Part shown: positions 27,693-40,321 of the stretch, piece by piece
How the letters are laid out: every line of letters begins with the position of its first letter
Numbering within the stretch: the first letter of the stretch is position 1
DNA from: an uncultured Candidatus Saccharibacteria bacterium
Lineage (GTDB): Bacteria; Patescibacteriota; Minisyncoccia; Phycocordibacterales; UBA12445
Reading direction: 5' to 3'
NCBI GenBank assembly: GCA_964531375.1
Contig: CAZHDO010000004.1
Coordinates: forward strand, 147-64,146
DNA: 64,000 bases
Made by a program: the position numbers and the translations under genes
The notes under the pieces: generated by a model
Seen by the model: only the letters and a program-made list of their open reading frames with translations
What the model was told of the DNA's origin: nothing
The model's database searches: none

Positions 27693-27712
27693 AAACTTTT
27701 AAATACTCTATA

Positions 27713-28555
27713 TTATTCTATCTCGTATCGAAGTGTTACGTTTACAGAAACATCCTGAGAACCAGCTTCAATCTGTGGCGCTGGTGCTGATCCGGCGGAT
27801 TCGGCCATCATATCCATCTTTGAATACATCACCCTTGGAGCATATGAATAATTATTCCCCTCCTCAATCGCTATAAGCCTTCCAATTTCGAATCCTCCAG
27901 CCTTCGCAACCATTTTGGCCTTAACTTTCGCCTTAGCAATAGCATCAGCCCTTGCACCTGCCTCAACCATTGTCTGATCATCTATACCAAAGCTGAGCTG
28001 AGAAACATCGTTTACTCCATAAGTAACAATTCCAGAAACAATATCGCCAATAGTTGAGAAATCTCGAATCTTCACTGAAACCGTCTGATTAATCGTATAT
28101 CCAACAATCTCTGGAGGAGGACATACCTTGGCAGTACCAACAACCCTAGTACAATCAAAATATTGATATCTTGGGCTTAAATTATAATTACTTGTTTTTA
28201 TATCTTTTGGAAGAACACCTTTTGATTTAACAAAGTCTATAGCCTTATTCATCTTTTCTGTATTTTCTTTCTGAATCTTACCCATATCCTTTGCGCCTTC
28301 TGTTATGACACTAAAACTAAACTGAGCAATGTCTGGAATTGCAGTCACCTTACCCTCTGACGAAACACTGAAACTTCTATATGTAGTTGGCTCGCTTGAC
28401 CTTGAGTATGAGCTCGCAACAATAAAAGCAGAATACGCAAAAGTAAGCATCATAACCGCCAAAGATATTGCAATAAGTCTTTTGGCGCAAAGTGGCATCA
28501 TTCCCATTGGCATGTTACCCATTTCCTCCCCGCAGCATTCTTTGTTTTTTTCCAT
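27713..28555 (-). CDS. SIMPL/DUF541-domain periplasmic protein
   Basis: N-terminal TM/signal; GYTINQTVSVKIRDFSTIGDIVSG matches the DUF541 core. Confidence 0.55.
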   Translation of the reverse strand: MEKNKECCGEEMGNMPMGMMPLCAKRLIAISLAVMMLTFAYSAFIVASSYSRSSEPTTYRSFSVSSEGKVTAIPDIAQFSFSVITEGAKDMGKIQKENTEKMNKAIDFVKSKGVLPKDIKTSNYNLSPRYQYFDCTRVVGTAKVCPPPEIVGYTINQTVSVKIRDFSTIGDIVSGIVTYGVNDVSQLSFGIDDQTMVEAGARADAIAKAKVKAKMVAKAGGFEIGRLIAIEEGNNYSYAPRVMYSKMDMMAESAGSAPAPQIEAGSQDVSVNVTLRYEIE

Positions 28556-28584
28556 AATATTATTTCTATTATTTATAATAATTT

Positions 28585-29190
28585 TTAATTAAGATATCCC
28601 GACTCCTTAAAAACCTCCTCATAATTACTAATGGCGACTCTGGCCTCCCTCCTCTCAAGGACATAGCCAGCTTCGTGAGCAATTTTGTTTCTTATCTTAT
28701 GAGCCTCCCATGCACTTTGTAATGTTTTTAATTTGCCTTCTGGGATCGCTTTTAGTCTTTCTCCTATATTAGTACCATCATACCCTTTTTCTATCAAAAG
28801 TCTATCTAATATTTTATCTGCCTCAATAATTGCCAGCACCCAGCCAGAACTGTTTTCAGAATCCATATGAGCCGTAATTTCCTTCCATTCTTTATTAACC
28901 TTCTTATCTTCTTTTTTCTGTTCAGGTTGATTAAAAAGAGCTAGGTATTTTTCATTCTCTTTTTGTTTTAATTCAACAATTTTATAAATAGAATAAAAAA
29001 GTATATAGCTAATCAAAACAGTCAAAGTCCATAGAACGACCTGTAATTTAAAACCGCCAAATCCGCCAATCATATCATTCCAAAAATAAAAAACATAAGT
29101 AATATAATCAGGCAAATTAAAAACAGCCTTATAAACAAGATTGAAAATATATTCGATATTGAAAAAATTTATATTGTCGAAATAAGTCAT
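28585..29190 (-). CDS. membrane-anchored protein with C-terminal HEPN-like (DUF4145-like) domain
   Basis: Two N-terminal TM helices; C-terminal HKIRNKIAHEAG (R-x4-H HEPN signature). Confidence 0.4.
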   Translation of the reverse strand: MTYFDNINFFNIEYIFNLVYKAVFNLPDYITYVFYFWNDMIGGFGGFKLQVVLWTLTVLISYILFYSIYKIVELKQKENEKYLALFNQPEQKKEDKKVNKEWKEITAHMDSENSSGWVLAIIEADKILDRLLIEKGYDGTNIGERLKAIPEGKLKTLQSAWEAHKIRNKIAHEAGYVLERREARVAISNYEEVFKESGYLN

Positions 29191-29281
29191 AAGTTAGAAG
29201 TAAATATATTTTAACATAAAAAAACAAAAAATAAATTACTAATTTATGAGCGAGTTTCGCAGTATTAGAATATGCAAAATA

Positions 29282-30712
29282 CTACTTAAAAATCTTTTCC
29301 ACCTCCCTGCCCAATTCAAACAAAACATCTTCTCTAAAATGTGGCGCCTGAATCTGAAAACCAACCGGAAGTTTAACTCCATCTTTTTCAGTAAAACCAC
29401 ATGGCACAGATATCGCAGGTATACCAGCAATGTTTGCAGGTACGGTAAAAATATCTTCCAAGTACATCGTAAGAGGATCGCTCGTTTTCTCCCCTATCTT
29501 AAAAGCAACAGAAGGGGTTGTTGGAGTGACAAAAGCACAAACAGCTTCGGGCCCGCCAAAAATTTTATTTAAATCAGAACGAATAAGATTCCTAACTTCC
29601 TCGGCTTTTTTATAATAAGCATCGTAATAACCAGAAGAAAGAACATAATTACCAAGCATTATTCTCCTCCTAACTTCCTTTCCAAAACCAGCAGTTCTAG
29701 ATTTTACATAATCCCCCAAAAGCCCTACCCCATCAAGATGAAGTCCATAACGTACTCCATCAAACCTCGCAAGATTAGTAGAAACTTCCGCAGGCATTAC
29801 TACATAATAAGCAGGAAGCGAATAACCAATATTTTTAAGTTCAATATCTACAATTTCGTAACCAGCTTTTTTCAAACCCTCCAGGGTTTTCTCAAAATTC
29901 TCTTTCACTTCTGGTGCGACACCTTTGTCCAAAAACCCCCTCGGAACCCCAATTCTTTTGTTTAAATTTTGATTTTTCTGAACAGGATATTCCTGACTTG
30001 TAGAATCTTTTGAATCTTTACCCTTCATCACATTAAACAAAATCTCAACATCTTCGACATTTTTTGCAAAAGGGCTTATCTGGTCAAGCGAGCTTCCCAT
30101 CGCGATAGCGCCATATCGAGAAACTGCTCCATAAGTAGGCTTTAGTCCAATTATCCCGCAAAAGCTGGCTGGCTGCCTTACAGAGCCTCCAGTGTCGGTT
30201 CCAAGTGCCCCGAGCGCGAAATCTGCAACAACAGAGGCCGCAGAACCTCCAGAAGAGCCCCCAGGAACTCTTGAATGATCAAGTGGGTTTTTTGTAATTT
30301 TATATGCAGAATTCTCAGTAGAGCTACCCATGGCAAATTCGTCCATGTTCGTTCTTCCTAAGATTACAGCACCCTCTTTTTTTAGATTTGAAATAACAGT
30401 TGCATCATAAACTGCGCGGTGATTTTCTAAAATCTTTGAACCAGCAGAGGCAATCTTTCCTTCAATAAGAATATTGTCCTTAAAAACCATCGGTATGCCT
30501 AACAGCGCGCCAGTTTTATCTCCCGCCTTAATTCTTTCATCTATTTTCTTGGCAGTTTCTATTGCGTCATCAAAAACCTCAAGCAGGGCACCAATCTCGC
30601 CATCTTTTTCTTTAATATTCTGAATACAAGCCTCAGTAAGTTCCGTCGCAGTAATCTCTCCATTCTTAATAGACCCAACCGCTTTTTTAATTGTAAGATT
30701 TTTTATATCCAT
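29282..30712 (-). CDS. gatA: Glu-tRNA(Gln)/Asp-tRNA(Asn) amidotransferase subunit A
   Basis: Amidase signature GGSSGGSAASVVADFALGALGTDTGGSVRQPASFCG. Confidence 0.9.
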   Translation of the reverse strand: MDIKNLTIKKAVGSIKNGEITATELTEACIQNIKEKDGEIGALLEVFDDAIETAKKIDERIKAGDKTGALLGIPMVFKDNILIEGKIASAGSKILENHRAVYDATVISNLKKEGAVILGRTNMDEFAMGSSTENSAYKITKNPLDHSRVPGGSSGGSAASVVADFALGALGTDTGGSVRQPASFCGIIGLKPTYGAVSRYGAIAMGSSLDQISPFAKNVEDVEILFNVMKGKDSKDSTSQEYPVQKNQNLNKRIGVPRGFLDKGVAPEVKENFEKTLEGLKKAGYEIVDIELKNIGYSLPAYYVVMPAEVSTNLARFDGVRYGLHLDGVGLLGDYVKSRTAGFGKEVRRRIMLGNYVLSSGYYDAYYKKAEEVRNLIRSDLNKIFGGPEAVCAFVTPTTPSVAFKIGEKTSDPLTMYLEDIFTVPANIAGIPAISVPCGFTEKDGVKLPVGFQIQAPHFREDVLFELGREVEKIFK

Positions 30713-30728
30713 TCGTAATTATTAATTC

Positions 30729-31025
30729 CTAACTATTCCTCTTCTCCCCCATGACCTGTTTAACCACAACATACCCGTCTTTTATTTTTGGGGCATTTTT
30801 TAATATAGCATCAGTATATTCTCCAGAATCGTGAGCCTCTATATCTTCTCTAAAAACATTAATGTGTTTTTTATCACCTGCATATTCAACCACAGGAGCA
30901 TCTTTTAACTGCGACACATAGTCAAGAATCGAACCCAAATCCGTTTGCATTTTGGTTTTCTCCTCTTCTGTGAGCTCTATCCTCCCCAACTCCGCAAGCT
31001 TTTCTATTTCTTTTATTGTAATCAT
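30729..31025 (-). CDS. gatC: Glu-tRNA(Gln) amidotransferase subunit C
   Basis: Size, position immediately upstream of gatA, and LAELGRIELTEEE. Confidence 0.65.
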   Translation of the reverse strand: MITIKEIEKLAELGRIELTEEEKTKMQTDLGSILDYVSQLKDAPVVEYAGDKKHINVFREDIEAHDSGEYTDAILKNAPKIKDGYVVVKQVMGEKRNS

Positions 31026-31065
31026 TTATAAATAAATCCTAGCACTTTTAAAGAATTTTTTAAAA

Positions 31066-33186
<2,121 letters not shown>

Positions 33187-33207
33187 TTAAGCGAAAAATT
33201 ATTTTAA

Positions 33208-35034
33208 TTATTGTTCGATTATATCGCCACCAGTGGTTCCAACAAACAGATCTCTTGAGGAATAGACAGGATTTTCTACAGGAGCACACCCTGGAGCAGG
33301 ATCAATACTTACCTCAAAATTAACCCTATAGTTATGAGCTGGGGTAAACACCCAAGAAGATTTTGTTTTTAGTTTAAGATCCATAATAAGTGGATCGCTA
33401 GAATTAGCAAAAGTACTCATTTTTTGTGTCCCATCAACTGCCTTATTAAAAGACACCTCCATAGTACCTAATGTCATAGGACTACCATTCGTAATATCTG
33501 TAATGTTTAAAAGCTTGAATGTCAATTTTGAATCATTACAGTGATTATTTATATCGCCAATAATAAAAGCAACAGGTGTTCCGTCTGCTTTTGTTACAGG
33601 TGCTATGTTAGAAGTACCAAACTTAGCATTAAGTCGACCTTCACTACCCTGCACAACTATAATACCCTTTGACGAAAAACTACTAGCATCATTAAACGCA
33701 AAACTTGTTCCACGATTACTACACTGTTCTATTAAAGCACCCGCCCCTGTACCCACCTTAACAGACATAGTTACCTTGTCAGTATTGCTATAGTTTCTCT
33801 GGCAAGCTACACCAGAACATGCTGGATTAATAGTTTGATCAACCCCATTCACCTTCTCATTCCAAACAACAGTTGGATTAATAGTCGTGCCATCATATTT
33901 ATACAATCTCCATATGTAGGACCCATTTGGCTGCGCTGTACCGTCTACAGGAGTAGAAGCGAGCAAACTACCTCTTTCCAGCTGACAAGCTGTTATACAA
34001 AGAGGGCCTGATGTAATTGTTTTCTGTACGACTCCATTACTATTTCCCACAGTTACGCAAGAATTTCCTCCAGCCCCCCCGGTACAAGCTGGACATTGGC
34101 CGCCACAATCTAGACCCGTTTCAAGAGTTGGCTCAAAAACACCATCTGTGCAGTGATTACTACCACCAACACCACCACCAATAGGACAAGCAGAGCAGGA
34201 AGGACCACCACAATCCACTCCAGTTTCGGAACCATTCATAACTCCATCAGAACAAGTGGGTGTCGCTGGAACTATGTGATAATTAAAAGCAATCCAACCA
34301 GGAAACTGTGGGGACCTGTTATCTTTCTCCGGATCAGGACCCTCTTCTCCTCCACCCCAAGCACAACCGTAAAAAGAATTGCCTCCTACAGAAAATTTAT
34401 CGCGAATATCACATCCATACCCATCTGGTTTTGGGTTGTTAGAGGGGTTGTACATAACCTGATAACCAGGACCAGACATTCTTATCCAACCATCCCAACC
34501 ACCTCGTGCCGTACTAGACTTCAAAGCACCACTGCAGTTATTAGCATAAACAGTACATGCCCTAGCCCAACCTTTAATCTTGGTAGAACTATTATTATCA
34601 AACTCAGCCCAAACCGGAGCGGGGTCATCTGGTGGATTATCAGAACCTAGATTAATAGCTCTTTCGCTCCCTGAATCAGGACCAAAACTTATGTACCCCC
34701 CAGACCTACCATTATCACCCCCTCCGATATTTGAACTCCAAGCATAACCCGTCAACTGAGTTCCATTAATATTAACCCCATAAGGATATGCTGGCTCTAC
34801 ACCAGTACCCTCACATCTTCCGATGTCTATCTTTCCATCTCCAACACCATTATTCTCCGAGTCACAATTCGAACTACTAAAACTTATCCATCCAAGACTG
34901 TGACTCCAAGCCCAGCCAGTAACAGGGATAGTTGCCGCCGATGTTTGTAGCGCTCCATTTCCTGAGAAAAATAAAACTGGACCAAATACAACAAGAAGAA
35001 GCGTTAATAATAAAAGATGGTGACGATGGAACAT
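33208..35034 (-). CDS. large secreted Cys/Gly-rich protein (possible pilus-associated adhesin)
   Basis: Signal peptide; many Cys in G-rich repeats (CGGQCPACTGGAGG, CGGPSCSACPIGGG); lies at the distal end of the pilin gene block. Confidence 0.4.
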   Translation of the reverse strand: MFHRHHLLLLTLLLVVFGPVLFFSGNGALQTSAATIPVTGWAWSHSLGWISFSSSNCDSENNGVGDGKIDIGRCEGTGVEPAYPYGVNINGTQLTGYAWSSNIGGGDNGRSGGYISFGPDSGSERAINLGSDNPPDDPAPVWAEFDNNSSTKIKGWARACTVYANNCSGALKSSTARGGWDGWIRMSGPGYQVMYNPSNNPKPDGYGCDIRDKFSVGGNSFYGCAWGGGEEGPDPEKDNRSPQFPGWIAFNYHIVPATPTCSDGVMNGSETGVDCGGPSCSACPIGGGVGGSNHCTDGVFEPTLETGLDCGGQCPACTGGAGGNSCVTVGNSNGVVQKTITSGPLCITACQLERGSLLASTPVDGTAQPNGSYIWRLYKYDGTTINPTVVWNEKVNGVDQTINPACSGVACQRNYSNTDKVTMSVKVGTGAGALIEQCSNRGTSFAFNDASSFSSKGIIVVQGSEGRLNAKFGTSNIAPVTKADGTPVAFIIGDINNHCNDSKLTFKLLNITDITNGSPMTLGTMEVSFNKAVDGTQKMSTFANSSDPLIMDLKLKTKSSWVFTPAHNYRVNFEVSIDPAPGCAPVENPVYSSRDLFVGTTGGDIIEQ

Positions 35035-35100
35035 AAAAATTTTAATAAAATTTATTAATAATGGTTTATATAGATATTATAACATAAAAAATATATTTTT

Positions 35101-35763
35101 TTACAATTTTCTATAAACTAATTTTCTCTCTACCACCCTACCTTGTTCCGGATTTCCGTCTGGGCCACAAGCAACATTATAACCACGTGCAACTATTTTA
35201 CCTTTCTTGGCTAATGGATCATTACAATCATCAGTACCGCTACCATCGTTACAAAAAGTTATTTTAACGCAAGTTCTTGGAATTTCTGGATCTACGACGT
35301 ACCCAGAAAGACTAATGTTCCCGCCCCCTGCGTTGAAAGAAACAGTTGTTCCATTTTGTATTTTATTTACTTCGTCTAAAAATTCTGGTGAGCCCGCTCC
35401 AATCTTTTTAAGTCTTTCAAGATTACAATATGCACCAGCAGGAGGTGTAGGTCCGCCTGGGATAGGAGTGCTATACCAATATCTTCCACATTCAAGTCCA
35501 GAATCAGCGGCATAGAGTGCCATTTGAGAATCTCTTTGGACAGAGGCAAGGTATATTTGTTTAACCATAATCCTAGTCACTGCAAGTCCGGCTGTCAGAA
35601 TAACGCTAGAAATAAGTAGAGAAAAAAGAAGTATAAAACCTTTTTTTGCAAAAAAGTCTTTTTTGTTTTTAACAACAGTAATTGTGTCTGCTTGTTTATT
35701 TTTTTTAAACACAGAATCCTTTTTATTAATCAATCTTATTTTTGCACCTAAAAAATTATTCAT
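35101..35763 (-). CDS. pilin-like/pseudopilin protein (degenerate prepilin N-terminus)
   Basis: KKGFILLFSLLISSVILTAGLAV hydrophobic N-terminal helix. Confidence 0.4.
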   Translation of the reverse strand: MNNFLGAKIRLINKKDSVFKKNKQADTITVVKNKKDFFAKKGFILLFSLLISSVILTAGLAVTRIMVKQIYLASVQRDSQMALYAADSGLECGRYWYSTPIPGGPTPPAGAYCNLERLKKIGAGSPEFLDEVNKIQNGTTVSFNAGGGNISLSGYVVDPEIPRTCVKITFCNDGSGTDDCNDPLAKKGKIVARGYNVACGPDGNPEQGRVVERKLVYRKL

Positions 35764-35771
35764 TGAAATAA

Positions 35772-36389
35772 TTATAGCTTAAACATATTTTCACTAACGA
35801 TTACACTTCTAGGAATACCGTTTTTTGCGGTCCAAGAAACAGCTGAAGTAACCAAAATTTCAGTACAACTCGAATCAGTACAACCCGAAGGATTAACTCC
35901 ATTTACGACAATTTTTCTAGAGAAAATAGTATCTGGGTTTACACCACTCTGACAACTACTCTTTGAGCCAAAAGTGTCTCCATAAATAACAATACCACCA
36001 TCATTACAATTTTTTAACGGAGCTGCGGTACTAGAAAAAGAACTTTCAAGATGAGTCGGGGTTTGCCATACATCAAAAGTACAACCACTAGAACATGTAC
36101 TTATAAGACTCGCGGGACTACTACCAGTGATGTCCGGTAATTTTAACCACTCGCTCCCTCCTGACTTTAAATTCGTATCTCTAATGTTTCTTATTGCATC
36201 CAATGTCTCGTTTGCAAGATAAAAAGCAGTAATTTCATCTTTAGCATACTGAGAATAAGAAAGACCTTTCGAGGCCAACGAGAGTGGACCAGTAACCGCA
36301 ATTACAAGAATAGAAACAGCAACAAGGGTTTCAATAATAGTAAAACCCGCATTTTTTATGTTATTTCTAATTCTAATTTTATAATTCAT
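35772..36389 (-). CDS. type IV pilin-like protein (prepilin-type N-terminal cleavage/methylation domain)
   Basis: GFTIIETLVAVSILVIAV (the G|FTxxE signature). Confidence 0.7.
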   Translation of the reverse strand: MNYKIRIRNNIKNAGFTIIETLVAVSILVIAVTGPLSLASKGLSYSQYAKDEITAFYLANETLDAIRNIRDTNLKSGGSEWLKLPDITGSSPASLISTCSSGCTFDVWQTPTHLESSFSSTAAPLKNCNDGGIVIYGDTFGSKSSCQSGVNPDTIFSRKIVVNGVNPSGCTDSSCTEILVTSAVSWTAKNGIPRSVIVSENMFKL

Positions 36390-36398
36390 AATTCACAA

Positions 36399-37112
36399 TT
36401 AATTTATACCGCTTCTCTGTGATACTGTTGTTTGAATATTAAATGGGGTTTTTAATTTTTCTCCTCCAGCGTTTGCCCCCGCAACGAATTCTCCATTTAA
36501 ATCAATGATAGTTATGGGTTGTTGTTTATTGGCACTTACGTCCGGGTTTACTACATAAAACTGTCCATCATTAACAAGAACCTCAGGAGAAATAAGATTA
36601 GAAAAATCAGAGATATTCCATGGAAGTGTATTACAGGAATTTTCGCCTTCTTGATCGGTTGTTTTCTCCGCATACTTTAAAGTGCCGTTTCGGGTTATTG
36701 TTCCTGTTACCGAATCTTTAACTGTAGATTCAACAATATACGCATAGCATTTATAAGAGATACATTTCAGATCTGTCCAATCATACTCATCACAAGCCCC
36801 CTTGAATACGACGCCCTTAGTTGCCTGGCCGTTTGTACAAGTGGCAGGAGTACCAATGCTCCCATCTAGATTCAAGACCACACAACTATAGTCCTTACCC
36901 GTTCTTAAGTTCCTGGTTATATCTTCAATAGCGAAATTAAGATTATCTACAACAGCGCGAACTGCCTGTGCCTTTTTGTTCGCATCACTCAAAAGAAGTA
37001 ACGCACCAATAACAACCACCATAACAATACTAAAAATAGAAATAGAGACCATCATTTCGATAAGAGTGAAGCCGGTATTTATTTTTTTATTTTTATTAAA
37101 AGAAGCTACCAT
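36399..37112 (-). CDS. type IV minor pilin-like protein
   Basis: GFTLIEMMVSISIFSIVMVV. Confidence 0.7.
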   Translation of the reverse strand: MVASFNKNKKINTGFTLIEMMVSISIFSIVMVVVIGALLLLSDANKKAQAVRAVVDNLNFAIEDITRNLRTGKDYSCVVLNLDGSIGTPATCTNGQATKGVVFKGACDEYDWTDLKCISYKCYAYIVESTVKDSVTGTITRNGTLKYAEKTTDQEGENSCNTLPWNISDFSNLISPEVLVNDGQFYVVNPDVSANKQQPITIIDLNGEFVAGANAGGEKLKTPFNIQTTVSQRSGIN

Positions 37113-37113
37113 T

Positions 37114-38004
37114 TTATTTGTCTATTGAAATTTGACCATTTGCCCAAGCTACGACCACTCTCGTTTCTCCGTTATCATCTGAGGTAACAACTATTCCAAA
37201 ATTATTTATATAACGATTCAAGGGATCGGCGGACATGTTCCCGTTTTCACTACCCCAAAGGTCTCCGCTAGACATCTTGGTTGTTATAATAGCTTTTAAT
37301 TTTGGCCTTCTATATACAATATCAATGGAGGCACCAGGAATCAATTTAGGTATCAAGGCCTCTTTTCGACACTCATCCACCCTTGCGTTTTTATCCCATT
37401 CTTTACCAGTAATTCTATTGTAACCCATTGTCGAACTATTCATATAGTTCAAACAGATATCCGTAATTTTATCTTTGCCTGTCACAACATAAGGCTGAAG
37501 ACACTCATTTTCAATACCAGCTGCAAAACTTGGAGAACCACAAGAAACTGGGGGGTTTTTTACACATTTAGATTCGTCGTTCATGCAAATATCAGATGCT
37601 TCATTATAGACATTATAATTTGGATTATCAGACAGATACCCCAGAGAATTCGTTAACTTACTGGACAAGTCGGCAAAAACTACGAAACGGTAGTCCTTTG
37701 AAGTTCCGTTTATGATTCGAGCACTCTCATCATCTGGATTTGGGAAACTTACACCATATGCGTCGGCAATTTCGCTATTTGCACCAACACCCATAACCGT
37801 CGTACCAAATACTTGAGCCTGGCGGAGAGAAAGGGCGATGTCTTGGGCGAGAAGGTCGAGGGAAAGCTTGCTATTCATCTTCGGAAAACCAGCGAAAGAT
37901 ATGGTGGCGATTACAGCGGAAATACTAATAACAATCAGGAGTTCGAATAGAGAAAAACCTTTATTTTGGCGTTTGTTGTTATTTTTACTTCGGTTATAAA
38001 TCAT
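37114..38004 (-). CDS. type IV minor pilin-like protein
   Basis: KGFSLFELLIVISISAVIATI. Confidence 0.65.
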   Translation of the reverse strand: MIYNRSKNNNKRQNKGFSLFELLIVISISAVIATISFAGFPKMNSKLSLDLLAQDIALSLRQAQVFGTTVMGVGANSEIADAYGVSFPNPDDESARIINGTSKDYRFVVFADLSSKLTNSLGYLSDNPNYNVYNEASDICMNDESKCVKNPPVSCGSPSFAAGIENECLQPYVVTGKDKITDICLNYMNSSTMGYNRITGKEWDKNARVDECRKEALIPKLIPGASIDIVYRRPKLKAIITTKMSSGDLWGSENGNMSADPLNRYINNFGIVVTSDDNGETRVVVAWANGQISIDK

Positions 38005-38071
38005 TTTTATATTTTGCCACTTACCACCTTATTATACAAAATATTTTCAACATAATACAGTTACTTTTCCC

Positions 38072-38875
38072 CTACCCTAAACATACGGCAATACCGCTCA
38101 CCAAAAGGCCAATTACGTCAAAATTAAAAACAAAGGCGACAAATGTTGAAAAAATTAAAAATGGGGCGAAGGGAATTTCTTTATCAAAGTCGAATTTCTT
38201 ACCTTTTCTTAAACTTGATATTTTGGCGACGAACATAATAAGTAATCCAACGATAGAACCGACAAAAAAAGATAACATTACGGCGCTTATATTCTGGCAA
38301 AAAGGAAGAAGCCACCCTATGCCAAGAACAAGTTTGGCATCACCAAACCCCATCCACGAACCATCAGATATCCACCAAAGCGTCGCAAAAAATGCTGAGA
38401 TAGCGAGGCCAGAAAAGAAGTCGTGGAAGAAATCTCCCTTTCCTAAATTAAAATCGAGAATCATTCTTAAAAAAGACAGTGCTATAAAGGCAAAAACAAG
38501 ACCATCAGGAATTATTTTGTGTCGATAGTCATAAACAGCAATAACGAGAAGAATAGAGAAAACTGTTAAATAAAGAGCGAGAATTGGAACAAATGAAACC
38601 TTGTATGCGACAAGAAGAAAAGCGAGACCAGTCAACACCTCGACGATCGGATACTGGATAGAAATCTTTGTTTTACAATAAGCGCACTTCCCCATTAGGA
38701 AAATATAGCTAAGAACAGGAACAAGATGAATCCAGCTTAAAGTCTTACTGCAAGAAAAACACATCGATCGCCCACCAAAAGTTTTGCCAGTGTTATAACG
38801 AAGAATTACAACATTCAAAAAACTACCGATAATTGTTCCGAGAATAAAAGTGGCTATAAAAAGTATTGTATCCAT
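38072..38875 (-). CDS. pilD: prepilin peptidase (A24 family); track ORF over-extended, start likely at MDTILF (38875)
   Basis: Zn-binding CFSCSKTLSW...CAYCKTKI; multiple TM helices; aspartyl-peptidase motifs. Confidence 0.8.
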   Translation of the reverse strand: MDTILFIATFILGTIIGSFLNVVILRYNTGKTFGGRSMCFSCSKTLSWIHLVPVLSYIFLMGKCAYCKTKISIQYPIVEVLTGLAFLLVAYKVSFVPILALYLTVFSILLVIAVYDYRHKIIPDGLVFAFIALSFLRMILDFNLGKGDFFHDFFSGLAISAFFATLWWISDGSWMGFGDAKLVLGIGWLLPFCQNISAVMLSFFVGSIVGLLIMFVAKISSLRKGKKFDFDKEIPFAPFLIFSTFVAFVFNFDVIGLLVSGIAVCLG

Positions 38876-39222
38876 TGGGTAAATTATATCATAAACAAAA
38901 ATCAAAAAGTAACTGTGGATATCTATGCTTTGGAAACGACGTTTCCAAAAAAGAAAGTAAACAAAATAGACAGCGGGAAACATTGCTTTTAAAAAATAAA
39001 CTACGCTTGGGGTTCGGAACTCTTCGGGAGAGGAGGAGGGAGTTCTGAACCCTGCTGGCTGCGGGAAACGTGGCTTCCAGGGGAAGACACGTTTCGTAAG
39101 TGGGAATGTGCTTCGCAAGTGGGAATGTGTTTGTGGGTTGGAGTGCGTTAAAAGACCAATAGCAAAACATCGTTTCACTTTGGAAACGATGTTTTGGAAT
39201 GCGTAAAATTTTCGACTTAAAC

Positions 39223-39681
39223 TTAAGGTGTTACATCGTACACGTTAGCGGCTGTGCCGTCGAATCCACCTGTTGTGGCGGCTGCTGCGAAACAAGCACC
39301 TGTGCCTGTAATAAGCGAATTACAGTCTCTGTCATTAGCTAGTACGCCCGTTCCTGCGGCAACTTGTTCCAACGTGGCTCCTAGGTGATAACTTGTTCCA
39401 TCTGGAGAAGCAGCGTAACTATAAGCAACTCCTGGTGTTGGAGCAACAGGTGCAGCTGCTAAAAACTCAGAACCAATAGCTGCGATTGTAGCTGGATAAG
39501 ACTGATTTGTATCATAATACAAACCCAAAGCTGTCTTAATTTCTCCAATATCTGCTACCCTCTTCGCATCTCTGGCCTTTGTCCTAGCGCTTTGTAATGA
39601 TACAACTACGACTGATGATAGAATGCCGATGATTGCAATAACAACGAGCAATTCAATCAATGTAAAACCTTTCTTTTTCAT
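39223..39681 (-). CDS. type IV major pilin (PilA-like)
   Basis: KKGFTLIELLVVIAIIGILSSVVVVSLQSARTKARDAKR is a canonical class III signal with mature F1/E5. Confidence 0.85.
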   Translation of the reverse strand: MKKKGFTLIELLVVIAIIGILSSVVVVSLQSARTKARDAKRVADIGEIKTALGLYYDTNQSYPATIAAIGSEFLAAAPVAPTPGVAYSYAASPDGTSYHLGATLEQVAAGTGVLANDRDCNSLITGTGACFAAAATTGGFDGTAANVYDVTP

Positions 39682-39711
39682 TTATTTTTAATGATTACTA
39701 ATAATTTATAA

Positions 39712-40239
39712 TTAATTTATTAACGTATAACAAGCTATCCCAGTATCACCAGTCAAACATTTTGCTGGATTCGCATCTGTACCAGTAGGTAAACCTAACC
39801 ACGAAGCATGCTCAGCACTCCCAGCGCACACAACCCAACCAGTACCTGGTGTCCAACTTTCAAGAGAGGATGATTGCAGTGCAGGACTCCCATTTTCTAA
39901 AGTAACGCTCATTTTAAATCTTGTACACTTGGTATTGTTTGTGTTACTGGCATAAGCTGTGTAAGTATAAGTATTATTAGCGGGATCGCTTGGTAAAACA
40001 CTCATATACTTTGACCCATTTAGAGTGGCCAGAGTTGGAGGAACTTGACCGAGATTATCATCGGCATACATTGTTAACGCTAATTGTATATTTTGAAGAT
40101 CTGAGATCCTCTTTGCATCCCTCCCCTTTGACCTTGCGGCACCCAACGATGTCAAAACTGTTGCAGCAAGCATACCAATTATGGCGATAACCACAAGAAG
40201 TTCTATAAGCGTAAAACCTTTATTTTTATTCTTATGCAT
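39712..40239 (-). CDS. type IV pilin (second major-pilin paralog); start at MHKNKNKGFTLIEL
   Basis: KGFTLIELLVVIAIIGMLAATVLTSLGAARSKGRDAKR. Confidence 0.8.
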   Translation of the reverse strand: MHKNKNKGFTLIELLVVIAIIGMLAATVLTSLGAARSKGRDAKRISDLQNIQLALTMYADDNLGQVPPTLATLNGSKYMSVLPSDPANNTYTYTAYASNTNNTKCTRFKMSVTLENGSPALQSSSLESWTPGTGWVVCAGSAEHASWLGLPTGTDANPAKCLTGDTGIACYTLIN

Positions 40240-40321
40240 TTTGTTTTTAATAATATTAATATTTATAAATTTTAAATTAAATCTGGATTGCTTCGCCCAA
40301 AGCTCGCAATGATGGGACGGA

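Noticed and set aside
38889-39170. Track ORFs 38889..39170 and 40895..41161 with similar peptides (LP(L/V)EATF)
   Set aside because: The similarity comes from the shared 31-bp hairpin repeat. Both lie in intergenic repeat loci and are not genes.
38876-39178. N-terminal 101-aa extension of the pilD ORF, and the 32-aa extension of the 39712..40335 pilin ORF
   Set aside because: The extensions run through repeat elements. Conserved protein starts (MDTILF..., MHKNKNKGFTLIEL...) lie at internal ATGs, so the coordinates were trimmed.
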